In this document: positions 24,061 through 37,768 of the stretch, one piece after another
Position numbering within the stretch: the stretch's first letter is position 1
How the letters are laid out: each line of letters opens with the position of its first letter
Source: Takakia lepidozioides
Taxonomy: Eukaryota > Plantae > Bryophyta
NCBI GenBank assembly: GCA_030704615.1
Contig: CM060733.1
Span: 17,918,001 to 17,982,000, forward strand
Reading direction: 5' to 3'
DNA: 64,000 nt
The notes under the pieces: model-generated
Databases searched by the model: none
What the model was told of the DNA's origin: nothing
What the model saw: the letters and a program-made list of their open reading frames with translations, nothing else
Position numbers and translations under genes: made by a program

Positions 24061-27001
24061 CTTGTGAGGGTAGCAGGGTGAGAGGAAGTGTCTCAAATGA
24101 TGGCCTGGATAGGATGTAGCGGAATCTGGTTCGTTTGTCAAGAGGGGGGAGGGAGGTGGCCCAGAAGTGATTCAGGGGGGCAGGCTTAACCGGTTTTCTA
24201 AGCTCTATTAATAAGACTGGGGTTCTATGCTCGTGAGGGAAAGGTTCACCAACTGAGTTAATGGGTAAGAATCGTAAACATTTGAGAGATCTTAAACGAA
24301 TAGAGGCTGGTCTAGAGGATAGCTGCATGAAGAAGTCTGAGAGGAGTATCTGTTTGAGTGAAGAAGGGATGTCTGATGGAAACGGTCCAGACCCCAAGTA
24401 AATTGAGAATTCATCGTGAGTGGGCTCAGAAAAGGAAATGGAAGGGAGGAGTTTCCAGTTTGCTGGGCAGGTAAATTGGGGCTGGAGACAAAGAATTCTG
24501 CATTTCCGAGGGCAATTCGCAACAGCATAGAAAATGATAAAAGGAATCGGGGGGGGGGCTAAGAATGAGGGACTTACAAGGATTGGTGAGGAGTGTGGGG
24601 TGCATTGTTTGGAGTAGGTGACAATAGCGGCATGTGGATTGGGAGATGGGAAGCCGCCGGACGGTGAAGAAACTGAACTGCCTGGGGGAGCATCTGAGGC
24701 ATCTGCTGCAGGTTCGGAGGAACTCGATGTTGAGATAGCTCCCATTGGATTGTAGTTGTAAAGCGGATTGAAGCCTTGCTTGGAAGCTTCTTCGATGCGT
24801 AGCCTCTCGATCTCCTCGTTTTGGACTAGCCCCTCAGTTTCCAAAATGGCGTGGAGAATGGTGAAAGCATTGTGGAGGGCGTCCTTTGTTCTGGAGAGAG
24901 CCTTGTTGGTTGTGCAGGGGTCATTAAAATGAGGCGGCTCCGCCCAGACTCCTGGCAGAGTGAACTCGCTGTTGAGAAGCAACTTTTCGTCCATTAGAGC
25001 TAGGATGTGCGTGGAGGGAGATAAGTCTTGGCTTAAACCAGGGAAAGCCTCTGGGTAGCCCCAAGTGATGATATCTTGAGAAGGAGGGGAATAAAACGGC
25101 AGGTTAGAGCTGAAGTAGTTTTGGATTTTGCCATAGAGGGTGGGAATTGGGTTGCTATCCATGGGAGTTTTGGACATGAAAGAATGGACATCGAGAAGTG
25201 TGATCCAGAGTGATTCCAGGTTCATTCCATCCCTTGATGTGATGAGAAATGCGGGTCTAGGTTTTCTCCTAAGAACCATGGGTGTGATACAGGTGGCATT
25301 GGGCTCTCCAGATGATGTGAGCTGCGAGCAGCCTCTAAGGGAGAGAGTGGGAAAAGAATGCAGTTTGCTACAAATAGCTGCAATAACAGGGTTGTGGGCA
25401 ATGGGAGATGCTCGCTGGATGGGAGTGAAAGCTGAGCCCGGCTGCTTGGACTTCCTGTTTTCAGAACTGGAGGCTACTGCTTTCCCTTTCATGTCTGCGG
25501 TGTCCGTCCTATTACTGCCTTCTCCCATATTTCCAGGTGCTTTGTTGACAGATCTGGAGGATGCTTCAAGAATCATTGGGTCCAGAATTTCCTTTCTTTA
25601 ATTTGCCAGAGGCGAGGAGGAGATTTGGACGCATGCGGAATCCTTGGCCTGGAAGACAACATCCCGATGGCTAGTAAGTAGGGGCAGTCCTTGTGGCTCG
25701 TGGCTATGATGGAAAATTGGAGGACTAGCCGCAGCGTTGCGGCTGAAGATCCCCTGCTGATGTGTGCCAGAAACTGGATCTGAACTGGGATGAAAGGATG
25801 CTTGCGCAGATCCCAGATTGGCATTGTTCCTTTTCCTTTTGGCCTTCGGGTAGTTGGCCTTTAGGTGACCAGATAGTCCACAATAATAACAAGCCGATGA
25901 TGATGTATCCTCGGACACCTTGATTGAATAAAAGTTCCCTTTGTTGTCTATTGGCAATTTGATGAAGTCTGGGAGCACTGAGTCATTTGGCATCATAACT
26001 GCAATCCTTGGAAATCCATTCTCATTGATTCTAGATGTAATGGTACTGCCTTTCCAAGCTGGGTAGTCTTTTAATGACTCCATATTGGAGCAGGGATTGA
26101 AGACACCAATGCACCCCAAGAATACTCCAAAGAAGTTACCAATGTTTGGCAAGTAAAAGAGATATTGATTTGGGATGTAGGGTAGGGAGATAATTCTTGG
26201 ATTCCAGATCTTGCCGTTACGGTTTCCCATAGCCTTTGACCATGGAAAGATGTTTACATTGAAACCATGCAAGTGCGGATTAAATGCCAAGGCTCGGTCT
26301 GCTGCCTCCTTAGAATCCAAAAAATCGAGAAGAAGCCTCTCCCTCTAGCCTGACAGAAGTGGTGGAGAAGATCCCCCGAACCCCCCATGGAGAGCTCACA
26401 CCCGAATGATGGTTTTTGCTCCAATCGAAGATCCGTTGCTCGAACGAAAGGCGCGGGGATTATTTAAAAGGAACCATATGGATATAATGTAACCAACTGC
26501 GATGAGAGGACTGGTAGGACTATCACACAAGTGCCTGATCACCCAATCCCTCACAAAGGCAGGACTCACTTTTTTGCCTGGAAAGTGAAGCAGAATGCCT
26601 TTGCTCTCAAAATCAGCCACAGTGCCATCAAGGTGAGAGACTTCAATATTATCTACCATGGGGTGATCTTTGTTCATAGCAGACTGAAGAGCAGCAATAT
26701 CCTCATTGAATCCTTCCATGATTTCAGTGTTGTGACTAGGGGGGGAAGAATTGCTGAGTTCCATTGCATCCGGAATCTCCGCACCTGCTGGGAGGATGGG
26801 CCCTGATGAGTCATTCACCGAGATGGGCACCAAAGGAAAAACTGAGGGGGATGGATCAAAGCGGGCCAGATTTTTGGAGTGGGCCTGATGTGCCATGAAA
26901 AAACCAGTGCTTGTTGATGGAATCAGCCTGGGGTCGCCAAGCCGAGAAGGATCTGACCTTGTGGAAGCTGCGACAAAAGTCTTGTTGAGAATTGGGCCCA
27001 T
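24050..27001 (-). pseudogene. LINE ORF1 (~980 aa; RRM/DUF4283-like region, CCHC knuckle, long C-terminal extension)
   Basis: ORFs 26396..27001, 25598..26320 and 24050..25576; the last two are in frame across one TAA. Knuckle CYYCGLSGHLKANY. The ORF1 stop overlaps the ORF2 ATG region. Confidence 0.8.
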
Positions 27002-28169
27002 GATAAGGAAAGAAAAGGCGGGTGAGAAGGGGTTGGGGAGAATGACCTGCTCAGCCAGGGAAAATCAGTGATGGAGAAATAAAAAGGCAGCAGCTAGAGA
27101 ACTGCAGTCTAGAGCCCGTAGAGTGAAGCTATAGCGAACTCGGAGAATATTGGAGTTTGGAAAAAGAAGGAAAACGGAGCTGCAAGCTGTGAACCGCCGC
27201 CGAGAGCACGATGAGTGGGGCAGATGGGGAGCTTGGAGTTGGTTCACAGGCGAGGAAGGTGACGAGAAGCGCGGGCTTGGGGAAGAGGGATTTAACGCTG
27301 GAGACTGCTGCATGGCGGGTTGAGCCAGAGCTTGTCGACAGCCATAACTTTGACGTAAGTAGAGGCAAGGTGATTGGCTTGTGGATGGGTAATCAAGCGC
27401 CTCGAGGGAGGGGTCAGTTCTTGGCGGTTGCGCATTAAGAAGTTGATGGGAGACCTCAAGAGGTACAGAGCATCATATTCTCTAAAGGGATGAATATGGA
27501 TAGTTCGTTAGAGGTATGGGATCAGGCTGAGGCTTGGGATGTGATGTTCGGGAAGGGAGGTGTTGTTCCCCACAGTCGTTCCCTGTCCTACTCTTCGTTC
27601 CCTATGATCGTGACAGCTGTGTCAAGCTGTTAGAAAGATATAAAAATGAAAAACAATGAAATTACAGCGAAAAAAGAGGATGGAGGCGAAAGAAGAGCTC
27701 CGCGTTCTGCGGTGAGTGAGCAAGCTCCCCGAATGGCTCTCTATGGTGGATTGCCACCACACTCTATCGTTCTTCAAATCTCAAAGCCTTCACATCCTCG
27801 CGCCGCTGTCCTTGCGAATCAGCTCTGTATTATGAAGCTTAACTCAAAACAATCTAAATTTTAATGAACATTCCACTTCGTGCTAAGACTTATCATGAAA
27901 AGTGCCATCAACGAATTCGTATTTGTTAAAATGTGGACGTGGTGCTAAGGCAAGTGTGATTTGTAGTGTCACTCTTTGAAGTACAATGGCAAAAGGCTTG
28001 ATCTAAAAAACAAATAGTTCCTAAAAAATATCGAGCCTCTTCATTACAGTAACCTCCTATGAATGCCAAGCACCAAGGATGGGGGAGAATAATACCATCG
28101 TTGCATGATTTGAACCTAGACCCACCTGGTGACACTATGTGCACTATCCAAGTAGTTATTCTTTGTTCC

Positions 28170-29258
28170 TTCTTTTTTCTTTTTCTTTTTTTTTTGGTAA
28201 AAGGCTGATTGAAGGGCTAGGGAATTGTATTGAAATAAACGAGGAAAAAATAACCTCGGAGTACATACCATGACGATGAGAAAGGGAACACTGCCCCCTA
28301 ACCTATAAACGGGAAGAGTTGCAGGAAGCTAAGGACAAGAAGATTCCACAGCGAGGGCATGGGGCTCAAGGACTAGAAGCTAGCATTTTAGTGCTTAGAA
28401 GAAACGAAAGAAAGATGGGCCTTAGATTTGCCCTCCTAAGAGAGCGCTTGTGGCGCCAATTAACATCAGATTCCTCAGGCTCTTCTGACTGTATAGCACT
28501 ACGAGAACTACCAACATGGCGAGAAGCGGGTGTTCCAGATTATCGTTGATTTTGTTGATCTTGAGCACAACTGCCCTCATTTTCCCCAGGTGTTCACAAA
28601 GCTAGAGAGTAGTTGCAATTGCCTTCCTTGTGCACATCTAGGAATAGCTGCACACAACACACGCCACGCTTTTTGAGCTTCAGATTCAAGTCTGAGTGAA
28701 CTCTATACATCACCAATCTGGCACACGGTTGGACCCCAGAGAAAACAAAAAAACACCGATACTTCCAGATATTACAGTGAGTGTGTGCTCTGAGGGTAGC
28801 TCACACTGGGCAAGTACTCCAAATAATCCCCTCGTCAAGATTAAGAACCAAAATAGAGTATTGAAAGGAGAAATCAGGACGCCAAGCTGTATAGAACTTG
28901 CGAACTTGTTGCCAGACAAAAGAGGCAAGGGGACACTCGAGAAGACAATGCTCAATAGATTCATTACAGCCCAAGCTGCACAATGAACAAAACTGAGGAG
29001 AATCAGAGATATATCTTTCCAGACAACAGACCAGTTAGCAGGCAAGGTAGGCACATGCGCCCATTTTAAATTCCACTTGGCATTGAAAATAACAGGCAGT
29101 CCAAAGAGAGTGTAATTCAGCTTAACCGAATATGCAAAGAATGGCCTGTATAAGGAGACATCCAAGCCCATTCTGCCAGGTCGGATTGAAGGAGCTGCAG
29201 AGGAGCAGAAAGGAATCAGGTAAAATAATCATCATAATGAAGGATGTTGGCTGGCGGG
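28170..29258 (-). mobile_element. 3' part of an L1/Tx1-like LINE (zf-RVT, 3' UTR, poly-A), left of the Gypsy element
   Basis: CSLCSLGCNESIEHCLLECP; T-run at ~28172-28195 (poly-A on the minus strand); 29011-29258 is repeated at 41616-41860. Confidence 0.85.
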
Positions 29259-32200
29259 TTAAATAGGTGTCAGGTGTCAAGTTAAATAAACACAGTGTGA
29301 AACTAACTAGAATAAATCTAGTTATTTGTATTTAACACTTGGAATTAGTTCAAGTGTTAAGTCAGGTGTCAAGTTTAGCTTGACACCTGAACCATCTCAT
29401 CAGGAGCTCGTCAGTCGTGCGGCTCATCTCTCTCGAGTTGAGCCTGCATGACCGAGCTCCCTCGCTGCTTAGCATCTGAGAGTACTTATGGAGGGAGAGT
29501 AGGATGTTGTGAGGTGGAGTCCCCATAGCTTGGGGTGCCCCTGGCTCGACTCTTATTTTAACGAGTGATTGTATTGTATTTCGTGTTTTTGTGACAGTGT
29601 GAGTTTAGTTTTCATTTCACTCGAGAGAGATGAGCTTGCATCGTTAGTGCGAGATGTGAGTTTTTAGTTTTGCATTGTTTTTGTTTCAAAGCTTGTTTTG
29701 AGAGCTGGTGAAGTAGAGAATTATGTAATCCATATATATGTAGAATAGAAGATAGTGGCTATGAGAATAGAAAGGACCGCGCTGCTTTGTACAGGGTTGT
29801 TGGAAGAGGCGCCCAACACTGAAGGCTGAGCCGATTCAATCCTCACCATGGGGGCCGGTCCAAGTACTAGCGGCGCCATCTGAAATCACTGAGTGGAGCA
29901 TAAGTAGAAGCATGTATTGGGGCTAGTGAGGTCACCGAGAATGGTAGAGCAGGCGGTGACGGTGCACGCAGAACTGCTACAGTTACGGGGAAGCGTTGTA
30001 TGAGAGTTACGGTCTGAAAAGACGAAAGGTGGCACTGTTGTTGGCCATTGGACATGTAAGCTCTCTTTTACTAGCAACCTCGTGTATGTTGAATGCGGCA
30101 ATATCTGGAACTGAAGGCGGAAGCTCATGGTCACCTTCAGTTAGCCGTGTTTGTCTTGAATCTACTGCAGGATATTATGGGGCTAATCAGTATGGACAGG
30201 GCCTGTAACAACTTGGTGATGATAAGGCTAGCGAATGGGGGTTTCATACTCAGCTCGATCCAAGTTTGGCTGCTGATGGTAGACAGCTTTCATAAGGTTT
30301 GATTTTGTGATTGATCAAACGACGAGGCATTCCCGTATCGTCGAGGGCAGTCCGTGATCCAAGACAGGAGCTCAGTTTCTTCCATTGGTGCTGGGGTTAA
30401 GCATTTATTAGGATTTCGGAGTTTCAAGAAGGACTGGTCGAATTTGGGTAGCCAGCACATATGTGGGCTGAGGTGGCCGGAACTGCTTTGTTGATTCTTT
30501 TCTATGCGATGGCGCATGAAATTAGTAGGCCAACCGACCTCAGTACCGCAGAGAATTGAATTCTCGTTGGAAGACGGAAGTCTGGTTTAAGCAGAGACCT
30601 CGATCTCGGCTCGGCTGGCCTTGATCGCATGGATCGCTCCACGCTCTATGACGGTGGTAGTTCTTTGGATCCACGGACGTCTCAATAATGGCTTCTGATC
30701 TATGATTTTTGGGATTTAGTTCAAGGTTTTTGCCTGCTGGCCATGAAGCTGATTAATTGCTTTGGTAGAGGCAGCCTGGCAGGTAATGCAAAAGTGCAAC
30801 CAGCAGCCACCTAGGCTGTCCAGTCGTGGCTAGGCACTTTTGACATAGCAGAGCAGGCCGCGGCAAAGGTCTATGATTCGGCTGCACATGCCCTGCAGTG
30901 AGGTAAGACCAAGACCAACTTCTTCGTGTGACGATCTGAACAATAGTCATAGTTGTACCATCAGGTCTTGGAGCAGCCCCGAGAATATATACCGTTCTGC
31001 CCAACAGATTTCCATGCTAGGAATTTCTACTGATCGGAATCTTTACTGATGGTTCACATCTTCAAAAATAAAAGTGCCTGAATCGTAGTAGGGCCCCTCC
31101 CTTGCTGGAGCGACACAAGTGATATCCTCAGCAGGGCTCATGCACAAGCGGCTGGCACTCACACTCGTCAATGCTTCCCTACTCGGTTCCTCTACACATG
31201 TAAGATCGTGGACTGAAACATTGAGGTCAAGTCGGCTTAGCCAAGAGGGAACCTGGAGACAAGGATTGGAGGAAAATTAGCGTGGCTGCCACCCCAATGA
31301 CCCTTAGCAGGTGTTGGGGCACTGTCGGATGTTGTACTGCCTGCATGGGATATGCCACTTTCTCACGAAAGACTTGCAGAGTTGCCCTTCAGGTTGTGAT
31401 TATCAGGAATTGGTAGTGGCTGGCGTGGACAACACCGTGAGGTGGAAACCGAATAGCAAAGGCAAGTTGCTCTGACTTATTTCCATACTGTACAGTTGCA
31501 CAACAAAATTCCCAAGCCTGCAATTCATGTTTCATCTGCACCCATGCCAGTGACGGCGACAGTTTGGACATTGATATTCACAACGTAGCTGATCTAGAAG
31601 GCACAGAGAACTCAGGAACCTGCGGGGAACGGAGGGCATAAGGATGTGGATAATATCACTGATATAAACTATTCCATGGATCCTGTCCCCAACAGCTCCG
31701 CAATTGAACTCTGTGGCTATGTCGACCTCGAGGAAAAGAGGTTATTTGAAAACATTGGCTCTGATCAGGGTTGTGAACTGGGATAGAATTCTTGAAGTCA
31801 ATCGTTGGCCTTCAGTATTATACAATTTGTGAGCAGTGGCCCGACCTGCCTTAATGTCTCCATTGTTAGTGTGGCTTTGGTTTTCGATAGTTGTTGATCC
31901 CACAAAACCGTTAGTTAAAGGAGAAAGGAAAATCAAATCAGATCAGGCCTATTGTCGATTAAATGGACAAATAGTATGTTTATGGGATTAGATAAACTTT
32001 GGTTGGTCATATCTTTGTCAAAAGAGCTCCGTTTGACGTAGTTTTTGGGGGGTTACCTACAGATTGTGGAAATCTACATATTCAGACATATTTAGTTTTT
32101 TGGACTCTGCTAAAAATCTATGGAATTTTTTGAGTGTGAGTGTGCTATGAAAGATCCACAATTTTGTTTCTAGAACCTGTTGTGGTCTACATGAGAGACA

Positions 32201-33655
32201 AGTTTGTGGATGTCCTCCTTGTATGGCTGGGGGCAATGAGGACGTAAATGAAGGGCAAGTCTCTTCTCTTAGCCTGTGCACACAAGGAGACAAGATTTAT
32301 GTTTCTCAAGGAACTCAGAGTGATTTGAGTGGAGAACAGTTGGACGAGTTGATAGCATACTGGGAGTCAGGCATTAGCAATAGACAACAAACTGCTGTAG
32401 TTGGCGTTGAGGGCCTCAATATTGCTTTGGACAGTCAGAACTCTGTTGGAGCAAGCGTTCTACAGCTGTAGGTAAAATACCAAAGTGGATGGAAGCTAGG
32501 CTTGGAACACAGCCAAAGACAGCCCCGGGGACCAAGGTGTTCAGCCACAAGGCCGTGGTGTACTGGAGCAAAGGAGCAGGAGCTGCACAAGTTTTTGCAA
32601 TCAGACGTGGTTGCAGTCGGACACGCACTGCACGAGGCAACCACGAACGAGGGTTCATTAGCAACGAACAGTTTGTTCTGCTTGAAGGAGATGCAGTCAT
32701 TCGCAACGAGGACACCCGCAATTGTCTCAAAGCTTTTGAGTTGAGAGACTGTCAGACCCTACCTTTATTTTCTTTAGTATTCAGTGAGCGGGAGATAGGG
32801 GAGTATTGTTTTGTCTCTACCTGGCAGAGAGAGGAGGAGGGTTGGTTAGAGCGAGCTACTGTAGCTTGGGATAAGGTTAGTGGCAGGTTTCTGGATATAG
32901 ATATACCTCCCACACCTTACCATCATGCAAAGCGAGGCACTTTGAGAGAAGTCTGGCAGTTGATAGCATACATTAGAATTAGATCTTGGTTGGTCGGACC
33001 TATTCTTCCCCTCCCTCTCTTTACTATTTCATTACTTTGTACTTGTAGTTGCCAAAGCCTCTCTTGGTGGAGGCCAGTCAGTCCGGGGTTTTTGGGCTGG
33101 GGTATTCTGCAGGAGCAGCATTGCGGAGGGATTTTGATGTGGGGGTGTTGATGTTTTGGTTTCTTGTGTTTGGATCCCCCCCACACCTGCATGCTTGACT
33201 GTGCGCCATATTGGTTTTGTGTGGGCGCTTGCTTTCATAGGGATTAGGCTGGATTTGATCACCGGTCAATCCTAGAGTATGCTGTCGGTGGTGAGGCTGG
33301 AGTGATGACCAGCAAGACCACTAGTGTTTCTTCTATGGTGAGGCTGGGTTGATGACCAGCCAACCATAGGAGTTCTTGCGGTGGATGCAGGTGCAGATGC
33401 CTTTAGCCACTGGGATATGACCCTTAATCCGCAACAGGTGCTCACCCGTGTCACTATTAGAATTAGTACTAGAGCCTTATAGTGTCAGGTGGGGGAGGTG
33501 CGGGTTGTGAGTGTCATCACGGAGTTACCCAAGGGTTTTGAAGGGAGTACGGTGAGAGTGGGTTCACAAGACGAGGTGTTCGGTTCAGACCACCTTCACC
33601 TCCATCCTCAACTAGTGCAGAGTCTGACACAGACTCGGAGGCTTCATCAACAGGT

Positions 33656-34900
33656 GTGCAATTTCCTTCGCCATTGTTGTGGGACGACATGGAGGAGATG
33701 TATGGAGCTACCAAAGGGCCTCGTAGGTACTCTGGAGCTGTGGGCACAATCGAGTTGGATGACTTTATCCAGGAGTTCGACAGCTGGTGTGATTTGCAGC
33801 AGATGCGTAATCCACAGCTGTTCACACCATTCACGGCGTGGAAGGGACTGTTCCAACATTTGGAAGGCCCGCCTATGGACGGTTACCACGAGTTCAGGCG
33901 AGGACATGAAGCAGAGATTGAGGAGTGGAGGCTGTATTGGTCACCTGACTACGTTTCCATTACTCGAGGCACGACGCGACCAGTAGCTGCATCAGCACCA
34001 ATATCTCCCACTGCCAGCACTAATAGTGGAACAAGTAGTGCCGGTACTTCTGCAGGTGGTACCAGTTCAAAAAGTGCTACTACTCCTCATGCCACAACTA
34101 CAACACATGTGCCTAGATTCAACCCGGTGGTGGAGTTCTTCCAGGAGTTGCGGAGGAACTACCAAGGCGTACGGACAGAGAAGCTGCGAAGTTTGCAAGA
34201 CTTCCAGCGCAAATCCAGTGAGAGCTTGCGAGAGGCCTACACTCGTATGAGGCGCTTGATAAATATGACCCAAGGGGTTACTGAAGCTCAGGCAATCCAG
34301 TTCTGGTATGGAATTTTGGACAAGGAGCTCAGGAGAAGGGTGCAGGATACAACCCTGTTACAAGCGGCCCAACCCACATTAGTAGATGTGTTTCTGCTGG
34401 CTGAGCGGATTGAGCTCAACATGGTGGAGGAGCGAGTTGTTACCATTGGATTTGGTAAGGACATGCCTGCACGAGGCGCAGCTGCCAGCCAACAGGTACA
34501 AGGGACTACCCAATAGCGTGGTCAAGGGGGCAAGGTTGCCCAACCCAAATTCCATGGAGCTTACAGGGGGCCTCAGGTGCAGAGGCCAGTAGCTTCTTTT
34601 GCAGGCCAACAGCAACCAGGGGTGGTATGTTGGACATGTGGAGGACCCCATGTCAAGAAAGATTGCCCAGAAAGTGGCAAAGGGCCGGCACAAGCACAAC
34701 CTGCACAGTTGCAGTGTAGACATTATGGCAAGTATGGGCATGGAGATGTCCAGTGTTATGACTTGCACCCTGAGTTGCGGCGAGGCCAGTTCCAAGGGAA
34801 CAATGGTGGTCGAGGGCGAGGTGGAGCACCTCAGAAAGGACAAGGTGCAGGACGAGAGCAAATAGTATGGCCAAGGACGTGGAGGTCAGGGCGTTGACCA
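33656..34900 (+). pseudogene. Gypsy gag (capsid-like region and two zinc knuckles)
   Basis: ORFs 33656..34516 and 34577..34897 are in frame across a TAG. Motifs: RYSG...ELDDFIQEFDSW; FQRKSSESLREAYTRMRRL; knuckles CWTCGGPHVKKDC and CRH(Y)GKYGHGDVQC. Confidence 0.85.
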
Positions 34901-35599
34901 AGGCATGACCGACCGGCTTCAGCAGCTAGAGCAAAGGCTTGCTGTCATGGCCACAACTCAGGTGGTACCAGCTCCAAGACCTGAGGGTCCACCTCATGTT
35001 CCTCCTCAGCAACGTCATCCTGACGGAGGAGACATGGGAGGCATGGGATTTATATGTGGGGCAGCACTACCATTAGTGCAGGTGGAATCTGCTGCAGCCG
35101 TCACTCGAAGAGCAGCACGAGTTCCTGAGCCACGAGGTGCAGAGGTGGAGTTGGATCCACAGCGTGGGGAGGCAAGCCGTCAGGCGAGGTTGCCTCAATC
35201 ATTCATCTTGGCGGAGACAGTGTCGACGACATCCATGGCACCTAATTCTCGCCCCACGGATACCAAGGCAGAGGTTATTGTGCCATTGGGAAGAGCTACA
35301 CGTGCAACACTGATACCTGCTGCCAAGGCTAGTGCAGCTAGTGGGTTGTTGGGGGCGGCCACCTCTGTGTGTCAGGCCCCACTGTTCTCGGCAACCATGA
35401 TTGCGACGCCGGGGGTAAGACCAGCTGCAGTGTTCAGACTAGCAGCAACACTCTGTGAGAGTGGGGAGGTCACTTCATCTTCTGAAGAGTTAGTGGAAGG
35501 TGTAGTGGCAGAGGGGTCCTCGGATTTGAGGGTCAAGACTGCCACGACTGCACCATGGCTGCAGCTGCCAGGTTGACGGAGCTGCCAGCTAGGCTAGTC

Positions 35600-36030
35600 T
35601 TTGAGCGCGCCATGGTGACATCTGGAGTTGTCTTGTTAGACAACCAGGATGACATTTTCTCTTTGAGTGGACCGGCAAGCAAGAGGTACCATCCACTGCG
35701 GGTCTTGTTGGACTCGGGAGCTCAGCCATTGATGTTGGGCAGAGCCGCTATTGCAGGTTTGGGCCTCATGGAGGCGGATATTGAGCCCTGTCTCTTCCAG
35801 ATACAGACATCTCTGGGAGGATCAGAGCAGGCTCGGGGCATGACACGGTGTGAGTTGGCCATTAGACTACAGCCAAATCATCCTATAGATGGCTCAGTGA
35901 TGCAAGCCAAGGCCATTGTGACAGACGCGGTCTCTTACGATGTCATCGTTGGTGGGGCAGTATTGTATCCCATGGGCTTCACCCTGGATTTTTGGGAGGA
36001 GTCAGCATCCTACAGGCCTGGATTGTAGTC
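35600..36030 (+). pseudogene. Retroviral-type aspartic protease
   Basis: RVLLDSGAQPLML active site; YDVIVGG. Confidence 0.85.
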
Positions 36031-36419
36031 AGGGGATGGTCGTCGTATATAGCTCCATGTGACATTCATTGGGGGTGTTGTTGCTGCCCAGCGGGGCAAG
36101 ATGCCAACACTAGCAGCCTTCAAAGCTGCAGTTAGTTGGCCTAGAGAGTTGTTGGAGAGCAATGCCCATGCAGAGGATGTGCCACCTCCAGCAGAGCAGG
36201 ATGACATGCATGGTACGGCGGAGTTGCCTGCCATGGTTGCTCGCACTCCATTCTGGGATACGAGCAAGGATTTGCAGCAGGCTGCTGAAAGACGTGTGCA
36301 ACAAGCCTGGGTAGAGGCCTTTGTACCGTCAAGAGAGGAGGAGAGTGTGGTGATTGCACCAGAACCACCTCAGTTGTCACCATTGGACACCACACCTCTT
36401 GTGTGGCAGTGCCCGGATG

Positions 36420-37400
36420 AAGGCATATGCCTTCTGGACTTGTTTGGCGGGATCAGCACTGGATTGGCTGCAGTGCTACAGGCAGGTATACAAGTTCAAC
36501 GTTACCTGTATGTAGAGAGGGATGAAGACTACACGACGCGTCTCACTGCGCCATGTTGCTCAATTGGTGCAGCAGTACCCTGATTTGCTGCCAGTGTCTG
36601 CAGTTCGTGGATACCAGCAAGCCTTGCCATCAGACATCTCTTTGCTGAGGGCGCAGGATTTGGAGCGGCTTGGCCCTATTCACTTGGTAGTGGCAGGTTG
36701 GCTCTGCCAAGGGCATTCATCAGCCGGGCATGGCAATGGGTTACAAGACTCAAGGTCACGCCTGTTTTGGGAGATGCTGAGGGTCCTACGCTATTTACAG
36801 CTTCAGCAGACAGACTCTCCGGCATATATCTTTGAGAATGTGCCATTGATAGGTGATTCTTGAGCCAAGGTGATGGCCAGTGTACATCAAATGCGGTCTT
36901 GGCTTGGGTCAGCAGTGTTGCTGGATGCAGCTACAGTGGGGTCACGAGCTCATTGCCCACGACTATGGTGGATCAACTTGATGCCACCTGCATTGCTCAA
37001 GCGTGCATTTGATGGGATGTAACGGCCACCAAACCTGACGATGGATAGCATTTTGGACATAAGGGAGGCAGTCTTAACGTGTGAGACACGATGACCGATC
37101 ACCTTTGGCAGTGGTCAATAAGGTGGGTTACCCACGAGCAACATTGCCTACACTGCTCAGCTTTCCAGCATCTCATGCTTTCTGGGATGGTGGACCTGGC
37201 CTCTTGTGGGATAGCCAGTTGCAGCAGTTAGTGGAACCCAATGCTGACGAGCGCGAGCGGGCGATGGGTTTTACCACTGGTACCACGACGGTGCCATCTC
37301 TTTCTGAGGCATCACGTCGTCAAGTATTGGGGCAAGCAATGGATCTCAATTGCTTGACCTGGATTATCAGCTTGGCTATGGCTGAGCAGCGCAGAGTACG
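36420..37400 (+). pseudogene. C5 DNA cytosine methyltransferase domain (DNMT3-like) within the Gypsy polyprotein
   Basis: Motifs in canonical order: I LLDLFGGISTG (36431); II YVERD; III SDI; IV VAGW(L)CQGHS (GWLCQ at 36696-36710); VI YIFENVP (FENV at 36831); VIII AH(C)PRLWWIN (36951); IX EPNADERERAMGF; X RRQVLGQAMD. Two frameshifts and two stops. Confidence 0.92.
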
Positions 37401-37768
37401 AAGTACATTTCCCTTGATAGTCTCTCTGCCTACCGAGACGGTACAGGCTGGGAGCAAACAGGTGAGGCACACGTGGGAGGTGCTCGAGGTTCAGAGGGAG
37501 TTGGCAGCCAAGGCAGCGGTGATGGATGAGGTTGGGGATTTTTCTCGGGTTGAGGAGGTCCTCAAGGATGAGATGGTGGGGCAGGATGAGACATTGTCAC
37601 TGACAAAGCAGGCAGTGGTCACTGCTCAAGAGGTTGCAGCATAGCAACCACGGGACGCGTCTTCTACCTCTAAGCCTGTTGGACTCAAGGTTGCAGTCAC
37701 GGAGGACAACTGGGAGCCTGATGTTGGACCCATAGTAACCGGAGGAGGGACGACGTATACGGCGGTTC

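Larger units (their letters stand above)
18450..27730 (-). mobile_element. Near full-length L1/Tx1-like LINE (ORF1 + ORF2), decayed, with a hAT MITE inserted
   Basis: ORF1 with zinc knuckle; ORF2 with endonuclease, RT and C-terminal zinc-binding region; 3' AATAAA and A-rich tail at ~18450-18510. Confidence 0.92.

Noticed and set aside
18425-27890. Target-site duplication for the large LINE
   Set aside because: Only loose similarity (ctcaaatactaaatt vs ctcaaaacaatctaaatt); boundaries cannot be fixed.
32489-33151. 220-aa plus-strand ORF upstream of gag
   Set aside because: No recognisable motif; it overlaps the TATA/leader region and is likely spurious.
36420-37400. Host DNMT gene or bacterial restriction-modification methylase
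   Set aside because: Intronless, colinear with PR and RT, decayed like the rest of the polyprotein, and with no endonuclease partner.
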